Assembly: GCA_050084985.1 (NCBI GenBank)
Contig: JBITNC010000002.1
Location: forward strand, 15,314,001 to 15,378,000
Reading direction: 5' to 3'
Origin: Nageia nagi
Taxonomy: Eukaryota; Plantae; Pinophyta
Length of the DNA stretch: 64,000 bases
The notes under the pieces are model-generated. The model saw nothing but the letters and a program-made list of their open reading frames with translations, was not told the origin of the DNA and made no database searches. Shown here in pieces: positions 24,322-37,828 of the stretch. Position numbers and translations under genes: made by a program. Position 1 is the stretch's first letter, and every line of letters starts with the position of its first letter.

Positions 24322-25574
24322 AATTGCTGTACTTCCCTGTAAATAGCAGTTCGAGTATTGTCATCTCTTATATCATTTGTCATGGCTATCTTATTTGTAC
24401 CATTTCATTTCTCCAATCTAAACTATAATCATTGAATTTGTGTTTTTTTTAATTTTTTGATGAATTTTTTTGTGTATGGTCTTTTGTTTGATCATATATA
24501 AATGACAAAGAATAACCCTTTCATTAGGACATGAAATGACTCAAATAAAATATTGTTAAGATTAGTATAATCATGAATAAAATTTCTACATTAATTATTA
24601 AAGCAATAGTATATCTTGATAAATTTATTGAAAATAGTTTTATTAATAATCTTTTATATGGTAAAGTATTTTACACATATCTTGAAACAAATTTATATGA
24701 TGAGTTAGATCCTTTTTTTGAAGTCTTAAACTTTAGAGTTATGGAGTGGGATAGTTGATAATGCCATATTTTATAAAGTACGATAAGATAAATCTTTTGA
24801 CATCCTTTTAAATCAATGATTTGTAGGATCTATCAAAGTTTGTCCATAAATAAATAAATAGAGTGCATAATACCATATACGAATAGTGTTATGTCAATAT
24901 TTTCTAAATTAAGATAAGATAAATTTTTAACATCCTTTTAAATTCAATGGTTTATAAGTGGAGTAGTGACTTTCATTTGCATACTCTACATTTATTATTT
25001 CAACATCTCTACTTCATGTCAAAGGGTGTTGTGTTGGATGTAAAATCGAGGTGGGGAATGCATGGATACGAGGTTAAGCATATAAGTGTGAGCTAGGTGT
25101 GTAAGGTTGGAAAAATGGGATTTATTATTGGAAAAGTAAGTTATAAGCAATAAAAAAATAAGCCCTGAAATATTTAGGAAGGTTATTATGAGTATCACAA
25201 AAGCTAAAGAAAGGTGTTAAAAAATTGTAATACGATTTTGAAAAAAGTTGTAGTATAGTTTGCTAAAGTATTATTTTTGGTATGTCATGTTGTTGAATAA
25301 CTAGAGGGATTATTTCCATATTTGGTTGGAAGTATAGGTGATAAAAATAGGTGCAAGCTATCTAGCCTTTAGAACTCCACCTTTGTATCTTAACACATCA
25401 TCAAATGTTGAAAATAGGCATTAGTGGGGTTTGTTATTTTTTCCAATGTGGGGGTTAATCCCACATCATATAACTCCCCAAGGGTTATACGAAGTGGGAT
25501 TTCCAAGGGTTATACGAAGTGGGATTAACCCTCTTTCCATTTTAAATAGAAATGTTATCAAATGTGTTTTGTGT

Positions 25575-25650
25575 TGTGGCTGGTGGTATGTTGGTCAAAA
25601 CAATGCAATTTTATACTGTAGATGTGGGTTCGAATCCTTGTAAAACCATT
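25575..25650 (+). other. tRNA-derived head (SINE-like remnant)
   Basis: A-box-like TGGTATGTTGGT and B-box GGTTCGAATCC at tRNA spacing. No complete cloverleaf. Confidence 0.4.
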
Positions 25651-26616
25651 TTCATAGTTGTTAGCTCTAACACTTAGTTTTTCCTTCAACATTTTTATAA
25701 ACGTAGTTCGATTAACTTAAATTAATAAATGTAGTTTGTTTAATCCTCGTAAATGCAATTCAATTAACCTAAACTAATAATGCAATTCATTTAACCTTGA
25801 ATCAAAAAATTTATCGACATACTTGAAATTTACACCATGTCAGATGTATTAGGGGTACAAGGGGGAATTTTAGAGGCTAAATAGTTGATGCCATAAAAAT
25901 GTGTATTCTTAGGATGTGTGTTAATAGTCTTATGTGTGTATGAGTAGGTTGATTTTGTGAAATATGATAATAAAAATCACTTTTTTAACAATTGGTGGCA
26001 GTAAGGATGGGCTTTACAGGAAAACAAAGATGGTGATCAAACAAAAGTATGAATATTTAGTAATAATATAACTCAAAGTAATAAGATGATATTTTGACCA
26101 TTAATCTAAAAAAATCATAAAATATTTTTGAAACATTATTACATGAAGTTTTGAACTTTTATTAATTATTAGTTTTTCCTTTTTATTGTTAAGATTTGAA
26201 ATTTCACCTATGTTCTCACAATCCTCATTTTTAGTTTCTTTATCTATCATATTTTTACCATCATTATCCTTGTTTGTCGTTACTAACATTTTTTTCTATG
26301 AGTTTCATATTTCTTATTATTATCATTCAAAATTAGCCTACCATTTTGAAATAAAGGGTTTTAATCATAAGTTAAAAAATTAAGCTTATTACACAAGAAA
26401 AATAACAAAAAAACTCCTACTATTTCAAGATAAGATTTTAAAGAAAAATAAATCATAAAAAGTTATCAAAAAATTAACAAATTTATCAAAATATTTTATG
26501 TAAAGTCAACCTAATCCTAAAACTAAGTAAATTTTACATAAAAAAGAGTGTTTAACTAATAAAAAATATTTTACAAGTAAATGAAGAAATATATTAAGCA
26601 TGAATAAATACTAAGT

Positions 26617-26856
26617 GATGTCCCTAAGGGGACAACGTGGTGGTTAAGTGCTTGGATTTGCATCTATAAGGTATTGAATTCAAACCACTCTAGTTGATCT
26701 AATGAAATCATAGCAGGGGTCCGGCTCGGTTATGTTTTGACTATAATCAAACTATTTGTCCATAGCTACCATGTGGATGTAAGAGGCTTTAAAAGTTTAC
26801 CCTATTAACAATCATGAGGGGGTTCCTATAACAGTTTGCCTCATAAACATACCTAA
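26617..26856 (+). mobile_element. tRNA-derived SINE with 15-bp TSD
   Basis: Exact direct repeat GAATAAATACTAAGT at 26602-26616 and 26857-26871. Degenerate A box (GTGGTGGTTAAGTG) and B box (GAATTCAAACC). Confidence 0.75.
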
Positions 26857-27199
26857 GAATAAATACTAAGTAGAAAAATAAATAATAGTTCATTACTCTT
26901 AAAAGACTAAAAATTACCATAGTTTCTTACTTACATGTTTAAGGTATATGGTTGCATACCTAAGATTAATGTCATATGTTAAAAAAAAAAGAGTTAAAAT
27001 TATATTATGATTATATCTTGGATCTCTAGGGATTTACATGCTCATTCACAACTATAATATGACTTTGTTATGGAATAATAGTGTACCTATAATATATGTT
27101 TTTTAAGGATGAGCTTCCTTTGTATAAGGGTTATATGATACGATTTATCTTTTTTCATCCTTTTAAATCCAAAGGTTCATAGGACCTAGCGAAATGTAT

Positions 27200-30100
27200 T
27201 CAGGTAAGAAACCATATGGATGGAAGTAACCATTAATCCTTACATACCAAGCTCTTGGAGCTTTCTTGAGGCCATAGAGCGCCTTCTTTAACTTGTACAC
27301 AAGATGTGCACTTCCTTTTACCTCAAAGCCTTAAGGTTGTTGAATATAGACCTCTTCATCCAAATAGACATTAAGGAATGTACTTTTGACATCCATGTGA
27401 TTTACTTGCCAACCTTTGTGGGCAGCCAAAGAAAGGACCAATCTAATTGTCTCTTGTCTTGCTATTGGGGTAAATATCTCTTCATAGTCTATGCTATAGT
27501 GTCGGGTGAAGCCCTTTGCTATAAGCCTTACCTTGTGTCATTCAATGCTCCCATTCGCATTGTACTTAATATTATAGATCCATTTGCATTCAACATGTTT
27601 CTTTCCTTTTGGAAGCTCCACAAGCTCCCAAGTATCATTCCTATTGATGGAAGAAATCTCTTCCTCCATAGCCTTCAACCACAAATAATTAGTTCAAGCT
27701 TGATCATAATTAGATGGTTCAATTTTTATACTAGTCAACAATGCATAGTTAACTACATCACCTTTAGGCTCATGGTCATCCTCATCACCATAAATATTCA
27801 AAATTTTAAACCTTTTTATAACTTTATCAAGTTCACTTGCTTGTCTCCTTGTGAATCTCCTTGAGAAAATCCGATCTAACATTTGATTGGATGGATGTGC
27901 TTGAAGTGTTCTCTTACCTTGATTTGCTTCTTCTACCTTGGGAATGGAAGACTTTTCTTTGCTAGTATGATCAAAAGGTTGCACCTTAGAGAAGTTATCT
28001 CCATTGGATTCATCATCAACAATGAGTTTTTAATGATCCCATTCTCACTCTTCAATAAAAAATACATCTTTAGATACAACAACCTTATATGTTTTTGGAT
28101 TATACAATCTATATACCTTGGTTTGCTCACAATAGCCAAGAAAAATACATGCTTGACTCTTAGTACCTAACTTTCTCCTATTTCCATTAGGTTTGTGAGC
28201 ATAAGTAAGACAACCAAAAACTCTAAAATGCTTAACATTAGGCTTTTTTCCATGCCATGCCTCATAAGGTGTGATGTCGCCCAAGCTTGAAGTTGGACTC
28301 CTATTCAAGATGTATATTATTTTCCTCACTACATCAGCCCAGTACATATTGCTCAAGTTTTTGCTTTGTAACATGCTCCTCGTCATATCTATTATGGTCT
28401 AGTTCTTTCTCTCCAATAGACCATTTTGTTATGGAGTATATGCAGTTATGAGTTGCCTCTTTATTCCATAATCTTTGGAAAACTTTAGGAATTCATTGGA
28501 GCAAAACTCTCTTCCTTTATCAATCCTCAAACACTTCATAACACATTCACTTTACTTTTCCATATGAGTTTTAAAATCTTAAAAATATTCAAAAGCTTGA
28601 TTCTTGGAAGTTAACAAATAAACCCAACACATCCTTGTGCAATCATCTATGAAAGTAAGGAAGTAATAGTTCTTACAAATAATTTGTGTTTGTATGGGAT
28701 CACAAATATCAGAATGCACCAATTGGAGGGGATAGGAAGCTCTCCAAGCTTGGCCTCTTGGAAACTTCATTCGTGAGTGCTTTCCCAAAGCACATCCTTC
28801 ACACATTGTCTTCTCTTCTTCAATCTTGGATAGCCCATGGACCATTTGTTGAGATATCAACAATCTCAAACTTGGGTAGCTTAAATGGTCATATCTCATA
28901 TGCTAAAGACAATTCTTATTCTTTGTGGGCAAATTTGCTAGTTGGGAACTATCTCCTTCAAATTTGAGTGGAAATAATCTATTCTTGATCATTGGGACTG
29001 TAGTGACTAGCCTATGACCATTGTTCTTATCATAGAGCATACACTTTTGATCTTCAAAAATATGCTTATAGTTCTTCTCCATAATTTTTTCCATACTTAG
29101 CAAATTATGTTTGAGATTAGGAGTGTATTAGATGTTATTTACCTTCTTGTTACCTTCTTTGGTGTTGACCTTCATGGTGCCCATGCCTTCCATGGTCAAT
29201 GCATTATCATCTCCAAGCTTTATCTTGGACTTGAAGGAGTTTTCCACTGTGGTAAGAAACTCTTCTTTGTCGATCATGTGATTAGAAGCACCAATATCTA
29301 AAATTCAAATTTCATTAAGATTCTAATTTTTCTTCCTATAAGACAAAAATAAATTAGATGTCTCATCCTCCTCTCCATAATGGATCGCACTTGTTCCTTC
29401 TTGGGCAACCTTAACTCTACACTCCCTCTCATAGTGTCTAAATTTATTAAACATATTTTTTTTTTTGTCTTCCCCTTCATTTGAACCACCTCTATCTCTT
29501 CTATGGGAAGCTCCTCTCCTTCCTCTTCCTCTTCCTCTTGAATATGGTTGGCCTCTCCCTTGTGTAGAGAAAGCTTCAACCTCATTTATTGCAAAAGCCT
29601 TCTCATCAACCATTTCAATTGATGATTACGTAGAATCTTAGAGCCTCTCTTTACGGGACATCAAGGATATTATGAGTTGATCATAAGTGAGAGTAGATAG
29701 ATATTTGTTCTCTTTAATTATGATTGCTACATGGTTCTACTTGGGGAAGAAGTATTCTCAACACTTTATTCACTATATCAACATTTAGAACCTCTTCTCC
29801 AAGGGTCTTTATCTTGTCCACACATGCTTTGACTGTCATATAATAATCTCCCAACATCTCACTAGCTTGCATCTTGAGATTCTCAAAATCTCTCTTGAGG
29901 GTTTGCAACCTCACTTGTTTCACTTGGATGCTACCTTGATACCTCCAAAGGTAGCTTATCCATGATAGCTTGTCCAAGGCATCTTGTAGATGATAGAGTA
30001 CAAAGAGTTCTTCTTCTGAGCCTATTTCTTATCAATCTTATCATTAGCTAGAAGAGTGTTTTAGTTGATTGAATCATTGAATCCTTACTCAACTATATCC

Positions 30101-31975
30101 CAAAGTCCCTTTCCTATGAATAATAGCTTCATCTTGATATAACAATACTCATAATCCTCTCCATAGAACTGTAAAATGGGTAGAGTATTGTTGTTTATAG
30201 CCATATTGCTCAACAAAATAAAAAAGATAATGAATTACAGTCTATTGAAAGAATTTAATAAATTATTGCAATTGTGCCTACAAAATCTAACCTAATAGAT
30301 ATCCCTAAAGCTTTGATACCATAATAAATTTCATTGAAAAATGAAATCATTATATACATATAGGTTTTGGACAAACCCAAAAATAGACTGTGCTAAAAAT
30401 AAACTCAAGTTGCATGATCACAACTTGTTACAATCCAATCTAAAAGCAAACTAATACATTCTAAATCTAGCCTATCATATTAAAAGATAACTAGGCAAAA
30501 TATGCACCCAAAATAGCAACATTTAGACTAAATTAGAAGATAAAAAATACAGTCTCATGTATGCCAAATATAGCCCATCAAGCTCTGTTTGTAGGCACAG
30601 TGCATCTCGTGCAAAGGGATGAGGTGCATTACCTCTAGTGTTGGGCACATTATGCCTAGAAATTGAGGTGTACTGCGACTACTAAATAAACCTTAATTTG
30701 CATCCTTTTATACGTTCAAACATAGTGTATTTTTTTAACTTCAACACCAAAAATTGATGCAACTAATACAACAATTTTTGCATTGATTTTTTGCATCAAA
30801 TTTCTAGAATTCGCATCATTTTTTACCTCATTTTTTCATAATTTACATCAATTTTTGCGTTGAAATTTTAGAATTTGCAATGATTTTTGGGTCGAATTTT
30901 TAGAATTTATGTCAATTTTTGCATCAATTTTTAAAAGAAAATATCATAGAATTGTGGATCTTTTAATTTTGCGTGATTTAAAACAAAAAGCTCAAAATGA
31001 TATTCGAATCAAAAGTTGTGGCCTCTACAAGGTACATCATTTTTATAAGGTCTTTATGGCAATGGCATAGGTCCATTAAACTAGTTCAGGAATGGGGTTA
31101 GTGGTTTTAGTTTTAAAAAATTAAATTTATTGTATATATTTTTCCTAAATGATACAACAATGTTTTAAATGTTACTATCAATTTCATGTTGCCTACTTCT
31201 TTGTCGGCCTTTTGAAGGAGTTTTCTTTTTTGTAACTAGAGATATATCTGCAACTAATTTTTTTTTTGTGGGCTTCTTCTGTACTTTATGTGCCATAGCT
31301 ACAATTAAAATTTGAAATTTGAGAAAGATAAAAATTAGCTAAAGTCTATTAAATGTGAGGATTATAGGGAGGGTTTGTTGATATATATAGATAGGAGAGG
31401 CTATTTGGCTATTGGGTAATCACTTTTAGTACAGATGGAGGATGAAATGAATGTGAGTCATCGATTGATCAATTGATGAACATGTAAAATATGTTTTAAT
31501 TTTTTTTAGTGAAATACGATGCAAATTTTACATCAAAATTTGCATCGGTTTTTGCATTGAAAAAAGTGAAAAATGGAAAAAAAATTAAAATGATGCATAT
31601 CGAAATAGGAGGATGAAAATTAACATTGGTTTTTATTTTTCATGTTTGAAGATGTAAAAAAGGATGCAAATAAGCCTTTTGGTACTAGTGTCTGCTTAGG
31701 GTATAGTGTCCTAGGTGCACTATGCTTGGATAGCAGGTTTCTAGGTGCACTACATATGTGAATAGAGAGCTAGAAAACTCAAGAATCTCAATCTCGGACC
31801 TTGAACAATGAGCTAAGTTTCTAACACTTCCCATATTTGGAATTTTTCTCTTCATAAGGTAAAAGCTAAATTGGAGTGTTAGATTTCCTTGCAAGAAAAT
31901 TTTAGGTTTATTCAAAAATCCTTGCATCCACACATGTATATTACTCTTCTTATAGGGTTCCATCCCAAGCTTACA
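27200..31975 (-). mobile_element. Degenerate Copia (5' LTR, PBS, gag, PR, IN, partial RT)
   Basis: PBS TGGTATCAAAGC at ~30310-30321; gag LQTLKRDFENLKM; GAG-pre-integrase CEGCALGKH..LQLVHSDIC; IN ..LNRSPT..TPYEAWHGKKP; RT up to LKKALYGLKKAPRAW. The 5' LTR starts TGTAAG at 31975. The 3' part is missing. Confidence 0.85.
30677..31690. mobile_element. Non-autonomous CACTA element inserted in the Copia LTR
   Basis: The right end read on the minus strand is CACTAGTACCAAAAGGCTTATTTGCATCC; the left end is the degenerate GACTACTAAATAAACCTTAATTTGCATCC. Many TTTGCATC subterminal motifs. Same terminus type as 55474. Confidence 0.7.
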
Positions 31976-32880
31976 ATAACAAGTTAAAGAAGTTATTAAG
32001 AGATTTTTTTTGGGCTAACAACTCAAAGAAGAAAGACTTCACAAAGCAGCATGGGAAAGTTGTTGCCTTCGTTGAGCCTTTGGTGGCATGGGTTTGCTTG
32101 ACTGTAAAAGACAAGGCATTGTCCTTTGTTCTAAGTGCATACTTCAGGCTCTATATGGTTATGAAGCATGGAAGATACTCTTGCTTAACAAATGGGCTTG
32201 GAAAGGGATGGATTTCTCCTTCCTAGTTTACACTCCATTTTATGTTAAGATTCTTAGGTCCTTCATGATATAAAGTATATAAGAAGCTTGGCAAAAACTT
32301 ACTTTGTGGTTGAGATGGAAGGGTAATACTTTTTATAAAGTTTTATCTATTACCTCCCTTAATCTATGGTGGTCTCTAGTATTTAAATTGCAGGGTCTTC
32401 CTCTAGTTCTAGTGTAATGGATTTACATCCAAAAATTCTTCAAATTGGGCATTATCACTATTGTTGATTTTTTCTCAAGAACAACTCAACATTGGATACA
32501 ATAGAATCAATTCAAACATATTCTCAATATAAATAATACAGATAAATAACTTATGATGTAGTTATTGAAATTTTTCCATTTTCAAATCTTCATAAAATCA
32601 GAGTTAGAGCCTAGAAGCGATGGTGGAAGGACTAAGGTTGGCATGTGGATACTCCATTATTCAATTATCATGTTAGTCTTGATTATTCTTGGCGTTATCC
32701 TATATTTCTAATTGTTCTTTGACTAAATATCAAATGGGATTTAATCTTCACCAAGTCTAGATGGAGGACATAATTTTAAACTATGGGGTATTCATATCTT
32801 AAACCCAAGCAAGCCTTTTTTGCTTTGATTCTTATGTACTATAATGTCCCTAATTTTATGGTATTTTTCCATTTCACCAC
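31976..32880 (+). mobile_element. L1 LINE fragment (post-RT region)
   Basis: LLRDFFWAN...HKAAWESCC...FGGMGLLD, the plant L1 W..xC.PK..GGLG motif. Heavily degraded. Confidence 0.65.
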
Positions 32881-33932
32881 TGATAAATAGGAACATTAGT
32901 TTAGGAGTGATTTTGTCTATTTTAGTAAATTTTGGTCACTTATTGTAAGTTCCACCTAGAGACTTAGTTATGGAACTTTGGGCCTTTATTTAGTTTATTA
33001 TGTATAGTTGAGTGCCTTAATATGCCAATAATGTTATATTAATGATACCAAGGTCATTATGATTGTAAATTCAGCTAGCATAATGGAAAATGCTAACCCA
33101 TTGAAGACTAAACATATTAGTTAGAATAGAATAACATTTAAGAGACTCATGTGGAAAGCCTTGTTGGAAGCATGGTCTATAAGGCTTATAGTCATTTTAC
33201 AAAAGAAGTCATAACAATAGGGAATGACATTATCACCATCATTAAATCTGGAGAGACCACTCAACTAACAAGCATCTAGAAAATGTTCATTTCTAATATC
33301 ATATACGATGATGAAAAATAATGGTCTTAACTAGGCATGAAATAAAGGATTTACATAAATTCACATTCCTTTAAGATGCAAATAGTTAAGAGCTTGGCTA
33401 CATATAGATAGAATGGACTTAGTTTCTGTTAGAATTTGTAATGAAATATTGTGAATATCTAAACTCCTTGTAAATTCAATTAATCACTTAAGGGTATGTA
33501 GATACCTTAAGAGATTAATAGAATTCTTTAATATGTAGACTTTGACTTTACCAAAGGAGTTAGTTGGTAGGTTGAAGTTTGGTGGTACATTTAATGTAAC
33601 CCTAACCTTACCCTTGGGTTAAAGGAAGGTTAGGGAGGTGCTCTCAACCTATAAATAGAGGGCCTCTCCTCATGTAAACATATCTAAGTTTTGAGTAAAA
33701 TTACTCTACTTGGTTGTGTAGGAGAGAGCTAGAGAATAGTTGTAAGAGAGACATAGATTTGAGAATAAGAGAACTAGTTGTGGATGTACTCCCAAGGAGG
33801 GAGGAACCACATTATATTGATGTGTTATCTTGAGTGATTGTGTTATCTTGTGTACACTTGAGTTTCCTAGTCTAAGGTCCTAGAGGATTTGTTTAGATCT
33901 AATTCAAATCCTTCAATTGGTATCTAAGGTCT

Positions 33933-35990
33933 ATGGTAAGATGCATGTTGGGTCACCTTCCTAGTTTCTTATGGGGCGAAGCTGTACACACTGCTATTCA
34001 CACCCTAAATAGGTGTCCTACTAAGGTAGTTGAAGGTAAAACTCCATATGAAGCATGGACAGGAAAGAAACCTAACCTCTCACACTTCAGGGTCTTCGAT
34101 TGTGATGCATTTGCCTTCATTACCTCAGAGAAAAGCAAGAAGCTAGATAAACGATCAGAAAAATGCATCTTTGTGGGGTATGATAATCAGCATAGAGGTT
34201 ACAGGCTCTACTCTTCATCCCATAAAATAGTCTTTGTGTCTAGGGATGTTAAGTTCCATGAACTTTCTGAGGATACGACCTCTCATGCTGAAGTGTCTGA
34301 TACAGATGATTCTTCGCCTGCACCTAACTGGTTGGATGAGCATGTAGAGAAGTCACCACAAGAGCAAAATTCTCCAGCACAGAGAATTACAAGAAGTATG
34401 ACCTTGAATAAATCCTTATTTGCCAAAATTGATAATATGCATGAACCATCAACCTTCAAAGAAGCTTCCAAGCAAGAGTGTTGGATGGAAGCTATGAAAG
34501 TTGAGTATGAGGCTCTCATGAAAAATGAAACTTGGGATTTGGTTCCTTATCCCAATGAGAAAAATGTGATTGGCAATAAATGGATATACAAGGTCAAGTA
34601 CAATTCTGATGGAAAAATTGAAAAATACAAGGCAAGGTTAGTAGCCAAAGGATTCGCTCAGAAATATGGTATTGATTATGAGGAAACCTTTGCTCCGGTA
34701 GCCAAGATGCCTACTATCAGAGTAATTCTTGCTCTTTCTGCAGCTCAAGGATGGAAAGCTTTTCAACTTGATGTCAAAAGTGCCTTTCTCAATGGTGACT
34801 TAGATGTTGAAATCTACATGAATCAACCAGAAGGATTTATTCCAGAAGGAAAAGAGTCTCTTGTGTGTAAACTAAAGAAGTCTTTGTATGGACTTAAGCA
34901 AGCACCTAGAGCATGGTACAAGAAAATTTCAGGATTCTTTGCAGATATTGGTTTTTCCAAGTGCTTCTCAGATTCAGATCTATATGTACTCAATCAAGGA
35001 CAAGACGTGGTCATAATACTCCTTTATGTGGATGATCTTCTCATCACAGGCAATAATATTGAAATCATCCAAGAGTGCATCTCCAAACTCAAGGCAACAT
35101 TTGAAATGACTGATCTAGGTCTATTGCATTACTATCTTGGGATGCAAGTATACCAACACAAAGATTGTACTTATCTTAGTCAATCTAAATATATATCAGA
35201 CATCTTGCAAAAGTTTGGAATGGAAGAGTGCAAATCTGCTGCAATACCTGTTTCTCCTGGAATCGTTGTATCACTGAGCTCAGCTTCTCAGTTGGCTGAT
35301 GCTACAGCTTATAGATAATTGCTTGGTAGTCTTTTGTATCTGACTATCTCTCGTCCTGATATTGCCTTTGCAGTGAATCTGATGGCACGATTCATGCAAA
35401 AACCATATGTTGAACACCTCAATGCTGTTACGCAAATCTTGAGGTATGTCGCAGGGACCAAGGATCTTGCTCTTAAGTATTCCAAAGTGCCCTCAATTGT
35501 TCTCTCAGGGTTCTCAGATTCTGATTATGGGGGAGATAGAGATGACAGAAAATCAACCTCTGCATATGTGTTTAGCATTGGTTCAGGTGCTATCTCTTGG
35601 GCTTCCAAGAAGCAACCTACTGTGACTCTTTCTACCACTGAAGCCGAATATCGAGCCATGTCTGTTGCCGCCCAAGAAGCTATTTGGCTAAGACATCTTC
35701 TGAACGAAATTGGGTATACGCACAATAGCCCATCTCTTATTTCGTCAGATAATCAATCGGCTATCTCTTTGGCTAAGAATCCTGTGTTCCATCAGCGAAC
35801 CAAACATGTCGAAATCCAAGCTCATTTTATCAGGGAGAAGGTTCTAGATGACATCATACACTTGCAGTATTGTCCATCTACTGACAAATCCATTGATTTG
35901 TTCACCCAGCCCCTTCCTGAAGCTCAGTTCTGCAAGCTTAGGGATTCTCTCGGGTTGGTGCAGTTGCCCTCAAGGGGGAGTGAAGTTTAA
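33933..35990 (+). pseudogene. Copia pol remnant (IN C-terminus, RT, RNaseH) with one internal stop
   Basis: KARLVAKGF, QLDVKSAFLNG, LYGLKQAPRAW, LYVDDLL, SDSDYGGD, RTKHVEI. A single TAA at 35316-35318 (YR*LLGSLLYL). Gag, PR and the IN core are absent. Confidence 0.92.
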
Positions 35991-36049
35991 ACTTTTGTTA
36001 GTGATGACAACTTCACCTCTAAGAGGCCTTTTTTTGATTGTACATTCTA

Positions 36050-36335
36050 GACCTCCGTGGTAAGTTTGCTCTGCGTGACAAACTTGTTGTACAATTGTTG
36101 TTATAGAGTGTTGATTATTTTATACCTCAGTGGTAAGTTTGCTCTGCGTGACAAACTTGTTGTACATTTTATACCTCCGTGGTGAGTTTGCTCTGCGTGA
36201 GAAACTTATTGTACAAATTTTGAGCATGTAATTAATATACCTCCATGGTAAGTTCGCTCTGCGTGACAAACTTGTTGTACATTCTATACCTCCGTGGTGA
36301 GTTTGCTCTGCGAGAGAAACTTGTTGTACAATTTT
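36050..36335 (+). repeat. Five ~43-bp repeats in the Copia 3' untranslated region
   Basis: ACCTCCGTGGT(A/G)AGTTTGCTCTGCGTGACAAACTTGTTGTACA x5 with variable AT-rich linkers. Confidence 0.9.
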
Positions 36336-37815
36336 ATGCTCTATTTTAAAATCAACACATGTCTATATACAACAGGTGACTATGAGTGATGGCTTGGCAT
36401 CTCCGTGATGGCTTATAGTGCACCATTGATCAGTTATTTATAAGATGGCATTATTTGATTCTCTTATTTGAATATTGTTCATGAGTTGCTTGTAGCATGC
36501 AGGATCTTCTTTAGAAATGCAGGTTACTCACCTTGTGAAAGCAAGCTCATGGAGACTCACATGTCAGCTTAAAGTTGATCGACTACTATGTACAGTGAAA
36601 CCAGTTGTGGTTAATGATTGTATTGTAAACCATTTTTTGTCAAATGGTAATGTAGTGAGTCTCATACTAGTTCTCAAAAAGATTCTCAAAATATGTAAAA
36701 GTTCTCATCTCCACTTGTATCTCTATGGAGGAGAACTCTCTCTTACTCTCTCTCTTCTCTCTTCTACGCTCTATCCCAATATTGCATTAAGGGGGAGTGT
36801 TAGAATTTGTAATGAAATATTGTGAATATCTAAACTCCTTGTAAATTCAATTAATCACTTAAGGGTATGTAGATACCTTAAGAGATTAATAGAATTCTTT
36901 AATATGTAGACTTTGACTTTACCAAAGGAGTTAGTTGGTAGGTTGAAGTTTGGTGGTACATTTAATGTAACCCTAACCTTACCCTTGGGTTAAAGGAAGG
37001 TTAGGGAGGTGCTCTCAACCTATAAATAGAGGGCCTCTCCTCATGTAAACATATCTAAGTTTTGAGTAAAATTACTCTACTTGGTTGTGTAGGAGAGAGC
37101 TAGAGAATAGTTGTAAGAGAGACATAGATTTGAGAATAAGAGAACTAGTTGTGGATGTACTCCCAAGGAGGGAGGAACCACATTATATTGATGTGTTATC
37201 TTGAGTGATTGTGTTATCTTGTGTACACTTGAGTTTCCTAGTCTAAGGTCCTAGAGGATTTGTTTAGATCTAATTCAAATCCTTCAGTTTCATTATCATA
37301 AAATAGATGAAGAACATTGATTTGTTTATCTTGATCAGGAATATAGGTCAAGTTAAACTCAACAATTTTTACATAAGCATAAAAGCTTGACTTGAAAGTA
37401 ATTGTTTTATGAGACTTTGATAAACTAGCATAAACTTTACTGGCTAGTTTGGACACAACACTCTTTTCAACATATATAGATTTAGGTAAGAGGGAAAGTG
37501 TCTTAAATCTATGATAAACAAAAGAAAGAGTTTGTTCCTCTGTAGGAACTTCTTTTGTAAGCAGCATCTCACCAAGGAACTCTTCTAAATGAAATGGAAA
37601 ATTATGAGTACTAGAAGTATCATCTTTATAATCAACAAAAATTAGATTGGTATTCACAACAAGAATATTACAATGGAAATTAGGTTTAGTATTTTATTCA
37701 CTTGCAAATTATGGAAATCAAGGTGAAAGAAGGCTTGAATTTTTTGATGTCAATTAAGACAACGAATAGTGTGTCAAGACTCTCCCAGCCGTTCCTATTA
37801 CATGTAAACATCCAT

Positions 37816-37828
37816 GGTTCTGATACTA
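37816..37828 (-). promoter_or_regulatory. Degenerate viral PBS, unit 2
   Basis: TAGTATCAGAACC-ATG GAT GTT, in the same context as 45433-45445. Confidence 0.75.

Larger units (their letters stand above)
33427..37286 (+). mobile_element. Young, internally deleted Copia LTR retrotransposon
   Basis: LTRs 33427-33915 and 36798-37286 (489 bp, no differences seen), TSD GTTTC, partial PBS TGGTATC at 33918, PPT AAGGGGGAG at 36789-36797. The empty site is visible in the other MP copy at ~44850-44875. Confidence 0.95.

Noticed and set aside
25575-25650. Functional tRNA gene
   Set aside because: Only the A and B boxes are recognisable; the stems do not pair.
35316-35318. Programmed stop-codon read-through in Copia pol
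   Set aside because: The position normally encodes an amino acid (YRQLxGSL). A CAA>TAA transition is the simpler explanation.
36050-36335. CRISPR array
   Set aside because: Eukaryotic retrotransposon context, linkers of very unequal length and low complexity, and no cas genes.
37238-37657. Functional MP-LTR fusion ORF (139 aa)
   Set aside because: Chance read-through of a decayed MP frame into the LTR.
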